From assembly GCF_006345805.1 (NCBI RefSeq), contig NC_043004.1, forward strand, positions 61,504,001 to 61,568,000: a stretch of DNA of 64,000 nucleotides, given 5' to 3'. Position numbers and translations under genes: made by a program. The notes under the pieces were generated by a model, which worked only from the letters and a program-made list of their open reading frames with translations, did no database searches and was not told the origin of the DNA. The DNA is from Octopus sinensis. Its lineage: Eukaryota. Shown piece after piece: positions 54,110 through 64,000 of this stretch. How positions within the stretch are numbered: position 1 is the first letter of the stretch; each line of letters starts with the position of its first letter.

Positions 54110-56820
54110 TATAGATAGTCATGGTTCACATGGTGAAGCCATCTAGTAACGACTCCGTTCAGAAAGCTGGAATAGATGATATCATTCGAAGAAAGAACAT
54201 TGTACAATGAATATCCACAGAATCAAGCTGTAGTTTTTAAATGCTTTTACTCCAGGTCATAAATATATACATGTTGAATAAATCGCGAAAGGTATTTACA
54301 AGTGAAAGGCCGTGTTTACCAGTGTTAGATATGATGCTCCGGATTACTACTGGCGATTACAAGGTCATCGATGTATGCGAAGAGAAAGTCTAACCCACGA
54401 ACGACCACATGAATTAACCTTTGGAACGTAATGGCTGCTTTACGTAGACTAAACGGCATAGAAAATAAGTCAAATGCTCCAAAAAATGGGGTGACGGCTG
54501 TTTTTAGAATATCATCGGGGTTGACAGGGATTTGATGGTATGAGCATACCGAGTCGACTTTAGATAGAAAAACCTTATAGGCATGCTGGTTAGACGAGAT
54601 ACTGCACATTTTGTACCGGATATAGCGATCTGGAATAGCAACAGTATTAAGGCGTCTAAAATCTCCAACCGGTCGAAAATCAGCTTCATTCTTCCTGGCC
54701 ATGTGTGAGGGCGCTGCTCAGGGGCTCGTAGAGGGACGAATAAGGCCCAGCTATAATATGCGCTCGAATTCAGCCCGGACGATCCGGAGATTCCCTTTAG
54801 ACAAACGGCGCGGTCGGGAAAAATCAGGAAGTCCCTTAGTTGTGATGAAATGTTTCATGGAATGGGCTTGATTCGACGGATGAAATGACAAATCGGTCAA
54901 CAGTGGGAACGAAGCAAGTAACTGGCGGTAAGCGCCACGTGATGCAGCCACAAAGAAAGAAGGGTTCACAACAGCGAGCGAGGTAGTATCAGCAAGACGC
55001 CGGTGTCCTCTAACGTCCACCAGTGATGTAAGAAGTCAGCTCCAAGTATGGGGTTGGGGAGGTCCACTATGACGAAGATCCACTTGAAATCCCTACAGAG
55101 TGACAAAGCGAGGGTAAGAGTGATTTGTCCGTATGTTTTAATGGCAGAGGGATTCATCACGTAGAGAGAGATGTCAGAAAGACTAGGAATGGTGGAAGTA
55201 AACCTTCGAGGCCTGAAAATCACACTGACTCCCGTGTCAACCTTAAAGGACTTTGAAGATCTAGCATCGCGGATAAGAGAATGCACGGTAAGGTGAATCA
55301 ATGGGGGAGACAGCTGTCGTACTCAATGCCTTCTGGCCTAGTTTCCCGGAGAAGAGCAGAGCTGAGAACAATTTTTGGCCTGGTCTTTAAATTTCCTATG
55401 ATACCAGCAAACGAATGGCTCAGGAAGCGTGCATCCGCGCCAGTAAGAGCGGCGTCTACTCCTTCCTGTAGAATAATTCCGAGAAGAACGGTTCCTTCAC
55501 ATGCGTGAAACTTGACGGATCAGTTCCCTAATAGCCCATAAGGTTTCGGAAGATTGTGTGTCATCCGGAGCAGAAGAAGAAGTGCAAGTTCGCGAGGAAG
55601 AGGAGAAAGCAACTGCGACAATGTTGTCAGATGGTGACGAGGTACCAGAGTATTCCAGAATACTGTCTGAAGAGACGGTAAGTTGTTTTAATAACGGTAT
55701 GTTCCGTCATGGATGCTAGAATTGATTGGACATTAGAAGGCTTCCTTGAGAAAAATAACTGTTTGACGAATGATTGACCCTCATATGAACTATCGGTAAA
55801 TCCCGGATCCGTCGCAAAAACTCCGTGAGGGCTTGGCCCTCGAGATACTCATCGCGCAAGAGTATTCATACGTCATGTCGGGTGGGTTCCTGTTATCATA
55901 TCGCAGACTGAGAGTGCGAGAGAAAAAGGAATGACTGGGAGTGCAATGTGTAGTTTGATCTGAGCCGACTGAATATTCGAAGAAATGAAAAATGATTCCA
56001 ATTGTGTCAACCTCTTCGTAGAATCTCTATGAAATTGAGGCAAATGAAAATGACTCATCTTTAGGCGATAATACCACGAAGTACATGCTGGTTGAAGGAA
56101 ACGCCGTTAGAAATGGTCGTCAAACACACTAGTTGAAAAAAGACGCGAAGAGCATCAAACTAGGAATTTCATACTCTACAGTAGAGGATGAAATGGGAGA
56201 GTTCTTGCTAGCGGATGAAGAACAGAACAAAGGCCAACACATAGTACCGGTAGGTTTGAGAGAGGAGAAATTGTTATCCCTATGAATTCAAGATAACACT
56301 GTCTGTTAAATATAACTTCTTTTATATGAAAAGAATAAAAATTCTCCTGGGAAGCTGTGTCTTAGAAGGGCGAAGTTGTAATTTCAGATACGACACGAGG
56401 AAAAAATGCTCTGCAGTTCCCGATTAAAAGTGGCGCCAAAAAATTTGAAAGAGAAGACAAATATGGCAACGAGAGGAGCATCAGTAGTATGTCCTTTTAC
56501 GATGAATGGCGATTTAGACGCATAGTCAAAGTTGAAAAGGAGAAAAAGGAATGCATGTATTGACAGATTCAGAAATTCATCCGCGAAGGATCACCACTTT
56601 AGAAGAAATTGTGATCAATTATAGATGGTCATGGCTAACGTGGTGAAACCATCTAATAACGACTCTGTTCAGAAAGCTGGAATAGAAGATATCATTCGAA
56701 GAAAAATCAGTGTTCAATAAAGGTCCACAGAAGGAAGCTGTAAATGATTTTACTCCACGTCACACACATATATATAAGTTGAATAAATCATGAAAGGTAT
56801 TTAAAGTAAAAGGCCATGCA
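54110..56820 (-). mobile_element. Internally deleted Ty3/Gypsy LTR retrotransposon (gag, protease, RT; ~200-bp LTR-like direct repeats at 54110-54312 and about 56600-56820)
   Basis: CWYHRKF..AKNC; VDTG...PILGADFL; GDFRRLN, YHQIPV, MPFSL..A..TFQR, AYIDD; PBS-like tggtgatcc next to the right repeat. Confidence 0.9.
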
Positions 56821-56831
56821 TATGTTGGTTA

Positions 56832-57110
56832 TCACGTGATCACGTGACCGACCAGTCCATCAGATGTTGTTACACATCGCTGGTCACAATGCGTTCGAAT
56901 AATGCCACCCCGCTGGCTAAGCGAGCAGGCCAAGAGAAGAAAGAGTGGTGAAAGGGTACAGCAGGGATCACCACCCCCTGCCGGAGCCTCGTGGAGCTTT
57001 TTTCGGTGTTTTCGCTCAATAAACACTCACAACGCCCGGTCTTGGAATCGAAACCGCGATCCTACGACCGCGAGTCCGCTGCCCTAACCACTAGGCCATT
57101 GTGCCTCCAC
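56832..57110 (-). mobile_element. tRNA-derived SINE family C
   Basis: Minus strand head tggcctagtggttagggcagcggactcgc...ggtttcgattcc with A and B boxes, followed by a non-tRNA body. Confidence 0.85.
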
Positions 57111-57599
57111 ATATTGGTTATATAGTAGTAAATAATTGCGTCCGTTCTGGCCAAGGTCAGTGGTTGTAGAGTTCTTTTTAGCAATGGGGTTATGGGTGTG
57201 TAGGTAGTCGAGAATGGAGGAGATAGTTCAATGTTAATTTATGATTGGGAGTTAGTATTAGATTCTAGCGGATTTATTGGGTTAAGATGTTAAAATAAAT
57301 TAACGATAAATTAAAGAATTAATATTTACCTCATAAAGTGAGGAGGTAAGAAGACAGAAAACATATAAGAGGTAAGGTAAATGTAACATATATAGATATA
57401 TTAGAGAGATAATAGAGATACAGATGCGTATGTGTTAATGATCATAGGGGTTTATATATGGGTTTTATTCGTGGAGGCAGAGTGAACTTACATTTAGATA
57501 TATTTAAGAGTGTGGAAGAATTTGTGCTTACACGTAGTCAAGGTTTCGTTGTGTTTATTAAGCATTTCTCGTAAGTTGTGGGTTAAAATTTTGGAGGCT

Positions 57600-58705
57600 T
57601 CTTTTGTTGATTATCTTGGTAATATTCTTTTGATATTTGGAATAAAATGTACAGAATTTTATGGATTTTATCATTTCTAAAATTGTGTTTTCAAAGTCTA
57701 TCAATAGCGGATTATGTTTAGGTTTTTTGTAGACAAATCTTCTGCTCTTCAGAGATATAAAATTTGAATTTTATATAATATATCGAATCGTAGTTTTTTT
57801 AAAATTTGAAGTAATACTATAAAATGGTGCTTGTTTGAAATATAAATTAAAAGTTAAAAATTACTTCTTTTGATTTTGGTATGTACACTTTAGTATGAGA
57901 GTCTTTAAATCCATATATATTTCCTAGGTTAGCCTTCTGTAATAATCCATAATATTTGTGTGTAAAATCTGTTATGTTGTCTTGTATTCCAGTTATATTT
58001 CATAGACTTAGATAATATAGAATAATGGATTCCTATATTGATAAGCATTACTAGATAACTGTTCTACTCTTCAGTACTATTAAATATGAAATCTTTATAA
58101 TTCTACGAAAGGTAGTTTTTTTTTTTTTTTTATTATGAAGTAATATGGGAAAATGGTGTTTCTTTGAAATATAAATTAAGAATTACTGCTTTTTATTTTG
58201 GTAAGTACCTTTTTGTATGACAATCTTCAAATTCATATAAGCCTCCTTGGTAATTCTTCTGTAGCAATCCAAAATAATTATGTATAAAATCCATTTTATT
58301 GTTCAAATATACTTCATAGACTTAAATAATATAAAATAAAATTATATTTTAAATTATATGTGAAATTATAAAATTGTAAATTGGTCAAAATATTTCTTTT
58401 ATATTTTTATCTTTATAAATGGTTATCAATATAGCAGTCCATTATTCTATATTATCTGAGTCTATGAACTATATTTGGAATACAAGACATTGTAATGGAT
58501 TTTACACATAAATATTATGGATTATTACTGAAGCCTGACCAAGGATGTATTTATGGATTGAAAGACTCTCGTACTAAACACCATTTATAAACAAACATCA
58601 TTTTATAGTATTACTTCAAATTTTAAAAACCAAAAATAACTACCATTCGATATATTATACAAAATGCAAATTTTATATCTCTGACGAGCAGAAGAGTTGT
58701 CTATA
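57600..58705. repeat. Diverged inverted repeat (about 57730-58050 and 58417-58705) plus a third partial copy (about 58130-58335); possibly the N-terminus of a decayed PLE
   Basis: Arms recognisably complementary; minus strand next to the left arm encodes HNPLLIDFENTILEMIKSIKF. Confidence 0.6.
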
Positions 58706-58954
58706 AATGCTCATTAATATAGGATTCTATGATAGGGATAGCACTTCTGTGAAACGATCATAATATGCATTAAAAACTTAATTAGAAACTTTGAAACTGT
58801 CATATATATTATATATTTATACTTATACATATTTACATATATTTATATTTCTAATACAACAATTATTTTACACATGTATATATCTTTCTGAAGAATTTTC
58901 TTATATTGATTTCCTGATATTAATAATATATAATATAGAATATACACACACACG

Positions 58955-59050
<96 letters not shown>

Positions 59051-59237
59051 CAAAGCAACAAGAATGGATCGGTAGATTAATACAGTTGTTTTCTGTCACC
59101 ACAGAAATAGACTGATCTTTCTTTTTAGTATCTTTGTTTCTTTTACACCCCAATATATATATTTTACCCCTTCTGTTCTTTTCTCTAGCTAGTCAGCTTC
59201 CTTGACCTACCCCGCTTTCATTCCTACTACTATAGAA

Positions 59238-59261
<24 letters not shown>

Positions 59262-59268
<7 letters not shown>

Positions 59269-59430
59269 CATACACACACCTGTGTATGTTTGCTAATACA
59301 TGGTTACACACACACATATGCATAGTTAATCGATAAAATTGTATATACATACATACACACACCTGTGTATATTTGCTAATACATGGTTACACACACACAT
59401 ATGCATAGTTAATCGATAAAATTGTATATA
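59262..59430 (+). repeat. Tandem duplication of an ~82-bp unit
   Basis: cacacacctgtgtat..gctaatacatggttacac...atcgataaaattgtatata occurs twice. Confidence 0.85.
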
Positions 59431-60127
59431 TTCGATTGTTACATAGAACATTCAGACACATATTGTCTTGCATTATTCATGAAATACAAGCAATGACCCC
59501 TCTGTCAATAGAAGATCAGTATAGTCCACATCAACTATATTTCAACTCACCCATTCAACCGAAGGAAAACGACTTTAGTTTACTTTATGCAACTACTCGT
59601 TCGGTAATTCATCTGGTAATTAATATATAATTCAAATACTGACATCGTTTATGAAATGAAATATGTATTGTCTCCTGATGCTGACACTGATTTTGTCATT
59701 GTATGTGGCAGGCATCATATGAAAAGCAAACACTCTTGAAATACTCCCATTTGAATCGGAATTATGTTCCCCGACGTGGAGTGAATTGAGAGTGTAATAA
59801 TTAATACGTCTCTTGGAGACCTTTGAATTAATTAGAATTAATACCGAATGAATGAATAAATCATTCTCTCTACATTCACTTCAATGACGAGATTATTCAA
59901 AACCAAGTCATATGTCAAAGATATGAGCTCATTCATGTTTAGTGTAAACAAAATGTAGAAAACCGAAATTACAGTACCTGTATGTGTGTGAGTGTTTGTA
60001 TTTATATATATATATACATATATGTGTGTGTGTGTATGTATTTATCTCTCTCTCTCTCTCTCGCTATATATATATATGTAAGTATCTATGTATGTATGTA
60101 TGTTAGGTAGGTAGGTATAAGGTATAT

Positions 60128-60360
60128 TGGCGGCGAGCTGGCAGAAACGATAGCATGTAGGGCGGCAATGCTTTGCAGTATTTCGTCTGCCGCTACGTTC
60201 TGAGTTAAAATTCCGCCTAGGTCGACTTTGCCTTTCATCCTTTCAGGGTCGATTAAATAAGTACGAGTTACGCGCTGGGGTCGATATAATCGACTTAATC
60301 CGTTTCTCAGTCCTTGTTTGTCCTCTCTGTGTTTAGCCCCTTGTGGGTAGTAAAGAAATA
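60128..60360 (+). mobile_element. SINE family B
   Basis: Homologous to 37769-38002. Confidence 0.9.
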
Positions 60361-60400
60361 AGTATAAGGTATAAGTGTCTATACATAAACACACACACGC

Positions 60401-60461
<61 letters not shown>

Positions 60462-60539
60462 TATCGTCTAAATTACGCAAAATTACAAAAACACTAGTAT
60501 CTCATGTTAACAAATATATTTATCAATATTATATTATTA

Positions 60540-61325
60540 TATAAAAATATCGTGAAATACTAAAGAATAAATTTATTCAATAATATCGCCATTTGCTTAC
60601 ACCATGGCCTCCTGACGATTTTGGAATCTCTTACGGCTATTTTGAACTCTCTCCTTGCTTAAGGTGGTAAGTGGTGCCATAATCCTTGCTTTAGTTCATC
60701 TTCTGTGTTACAAGGAGTTTTGTTAGTCTCTCGGTCATCAGCGTCCCATATAATAATCAAGAGGGTTGCAGTCTCAGAAGTCAGGTGGCCAGATATTAGC
60801 TGTAATGTAATCGCAGAAATTGTCTGAAGGCCACAACTGACTTCTCCTCCTGGTGTGCCATGGAACAGATACCTGTTGCCAGACACAGAGTCTTCCAGCA
60901 GCCACCCTCTTGATCCATGGCAACTCCTCCAGGCACTTTGTATAGGATCTGTCTTGAGTCTGAAGTCGTGATGGAAGACGAATGGAAGCATAAGGACGCC
61001 CTAACTGGTGATCAGCCCAAACACCTTCATATTACTGGAGGTTTGATGTTTATCACTCTCGGTATATACTCTTAGATTGCACTGACCTCAAATTGACACG
61101 AATACAATCTTAATGATTCCCATTGGAGCTTCTAGCGAGAAGACCAGGCAGTACATCATATTGTTTACATGTGTCTGGTAAATTGAATTTCGTCATGTTA
61201 ATATTTTTCGCTCAGACGGTGCCCAACTGACTCTACTATACTGTGTAGTCGACAAAATTAGAACAATCAATGCGCATGCACGAAATTAAAAATATAAAAT
61301 GTGGCAATCTAAAAATCGCACACTG
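60540..61325 (-). mobile_element. Tc1/mariner-superfamily transposase remnant (same type as 31130-31620)
   Basis: DCNPLDYY...DRETNKTPCNTEDELK; PFVFHHDFRLKT. Confidence 0.7.
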
Positions 61326-61334
61326 TATATATAA

Positions 61335-61552
61335 ATATACTTTTCAGTATGTGACCTCGTGAAGATCACTTGCATTTTTTTCCCTCTGTCCTCCCACCTC
61401 GAGATATTTCTTTCTCCTATGTTTCCGACGAAGAGCTCCGCTCGAAACGTCATACCCTCCTTCTTCCCTTCTTTCCTGAGCGTCCAATAATACTTTATTT
61501 GTTCCACATACTCGCGTTGTTGTCTTTTTGTTTTCTTGTTTGGATTAACTTT
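61335..61552 (+). mobile_element. Solo Penelope-type terminal repeat with minimal hammerhead (61421-61455)
   Basis: gttt-CCGACGA-a-gagc-tcc-gctc-GAAAC-GTC-atac; ends in (TA)n. Confidence 0.72.
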
Positions 61553-61584
61553 ATATATATATATATATATATAGGTATATATAT

Positions 61585-61629
<45 letters not shown>

Positions 61630-62133
61630 GGTATGTGTGTGTATGCGTATGTATACGCGTGTGTACCTGTGTATGCATGTATGTATATTTTCATATATAT
61701 AAGCCACTGTGAGTGGGAAATATGGAGAGACAGACTGAGCTGGAACGAGTGGGATGTCGATCACTGTTTAGGATTCCTTATTGTCAGTCTGCAATGGAAG
61801 GCCGAGTTTCGCCCTTAAAAGTAGCCACAAGAAAGAAGTAGAATTAGTAAAATAGTTTATGATTAAATACAAAGTGACTTAAATGGGTTAATAGTACCTT
61901 AGATGCTATTCTTGAACGCATCTAATGCATGAAGAAACAATAATGAAAATAAGAATCTGAAAATGGACGGCCACATCATCTTCGACCATAGATGCACTTC
62001 AAATGATTGGCGTTCCATTTGCGTATGTGTGAAGAGGTAACAAGTACAAGCGTTTTCATATACGTTAATTGACACTAATGGATTAAGAAATATGCTATTA
62101 AATTAATTACTGATCATTTTTTCTCCTCTCTAG

Positions 62134-62229
62134 GCGTTTTTGAAATGGAAGTCATCACAAAATGTTCACTATATGTTACCTGGTTTGCCACTTTCGTCTG
62201 ATCAACTATTTTTCCTCACCTTTGCCCAG
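62134..62229 (+). CDS. M13 peptidase exon (AFLKWKSSQNVHYMLPGLPLSSDQLFFLTFAQ)
   Basis: ctctctag acceptor, GTAAGT donor; LPGL...QLFF..FAQ motif. Confidence 0.95.
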
Positions 62230-62298
62230 GTAAGTAACTTACAATTTTTTGTTTTGTTTTTCTTATATATCAGTTAGTGTCACTGATATATATATATA

Positions 62299-62365
<67 letters not shown>

Positions 62366-62510
62366 TGCATTCCATCGGTTACTGAAAATGTGGTTGCCAA
62401 CGAAACAACATATAGTAAATGATTATGGTGCGTATCTGTGTATATATATAGATGTAAGCATGTTTACATATATGTATATATATATATATATATATATACA
62501 TATTCATACC

Positions 62511-62617
<107 letters not shown>

Positions 62618-63049
62618 GAATGCATATATATGTGTCTGTATGCGCATACAAACAAAAATGTTCGTTTTCATAAAAAAACAAAACACGTAACACATAGTGC
62701 TTTTCCATACACTCAGGGATGAGAAATAATTCGTTGCTGATACTTTTCCATGGACACTAGATTATCTGTTGCAAAAACTCCCTTGATTCCAAGGAAATTA
62801 ATATTTTCGATTGACTAAACATGCTTTTGTAAATTAATAATCCAACATATACAGAGATAATCACGTTCACAGATATCACTCAATAGTAAGGGAAAGAAAC
62901 ATGAAGACATGTGTATACTTGTGTGATCAAACTCAACTGCACGCAAACACACGCACCCTACCTCGCCAAATATATGCATATATACAAACATAGATATGCC
63001 TGAACACACACACAAAAGGCACACACACGTACACATACACATATACACA

Positions 63050-64000
63050 TATACGGTGATCCCACACATCGAAGAACTACTTGCACTTAAGCACTTCCTT
63101 GACATTTGGCCTGACTCTCAACCTGACACCTCCACGCTTCATCTGGCTGAACTTGCCCTCTCCCTCAACTGCTTGACATTTGCGGAGGAGTTATAGAAAC
63201 AAGTCCCCGGATTATGGGCCCCAAATATACGAATCTGTTCGTTTGCTACGTTGAGGCCCAAATATTCTCACAATTAATTCCTCCCATACCCAAGCAATAC
63301 GGTCGTTATATCGTTGCATCTATCGGCACGACCTAACTCTTCTTCGAACAACTGGACTCTTTCCTCTCGTTTCACCAAACCTTCGGTCCTAGCCTCGAAT
63401 TCTTCTACACTATATCTAACTCTTACAGCGAATTTCTCGAAAATTCAATCACCATACACCACTCCGCTCAAAATTATTCTATTCATTACAAATACACTGA
63501 ATCACCCTCCTACGCCAGCCTCTCCTTCTCCCACCTTACCCACACCCACACCCAATTCATCGGTCTACGCTGGCTCTGCAGTGACGACCATGGCTTTGAG
63601 ATTCAATCTCAAATCATGGCTCGCCACTTCATCCTACGTAGATTTCCCATCACTATTATCTACACTGCCTTGCCCGGGCACGATCTGTGGACCTTGCTTC
63701 CGCCTTTTCTCCTCGCACCCATCCTATCCTTACCCGTCTGCCGCCTCCCGTATCCAGTCACATAACACCAATCCATCGTACTGCTCCAACACACCATTCT
63801 CCGAGTCTTCCAGCGACTCCAGTTTCTCTACTCCACATTGCATACCTTCCCTAGTTTACCCCTTCCCTCCTTGAAACGTGCTCATAACCTGCATGACCGC
63901 CTAATCCAAACTTTCATTCCTACACCCTACTCCCAGCCTGGCTTCTTCCCTTGCTCCAGATCTCGCTGTCTTATCTTCCCCTTCCTCACCAGCACCACCT
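63050..64000 (+). mobile_element. Decayed Penelope-like reverse transcriptase, running off the window
   Basis: IPHIEELLALKHFLD...LAELALSLNCLTF; MGPKYTNLFVCYVE; YGRYI; LRWLCSDD. Confidence 0.8.

Noticed and set aside
57040-57110. tRNA-like sequence (also 52314-52380)
   Set aside because: No intact acceptor stem and followed by repeat bodies; these are SINE heads, not tRNA genes
58681-58715. CTGACGA followed by a gca/tgc stem
   Set aside because: No GAAA or stem III follows, so it is not a hammerhead

Overview
AT-rich, microsatellite-dense animal DNA, probably from an octopod cephalopod (inferred from the SINE families, recognised from memory). The whole window lies inside one + strand gene. 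Six small exons (2392-2453, 14622-14673, 16884-16951, 20707-20837, 35388-35453, 62134-62229) splice in frame into the catalytic part of an M13 (neprilysin/ECE-like) zinc metallopeptidase with VNAWY, HELMH and ENIADNGG motifs. The introns (2-27 kb) hold tRNA-derived SINEs, LINE, Gypsy, mariner and Helitron remnants, and many Penelope-like (PLE) and short non-coding elements inserted in (TA)n tracts. The most notable signal is a set of type I hammerhead ribozyme folds in several unrelated element families. They include a fully canonical one in a 470-bp tandem unit, cores with compensatory G3-C8 and A3-U8 swaps, recurrent U4C cores, and a tRNA-headed SINE-like element with a hammerhead in its tail. 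All folds were read by eye and catalytic activity is untested. TE boundaries are approximate.
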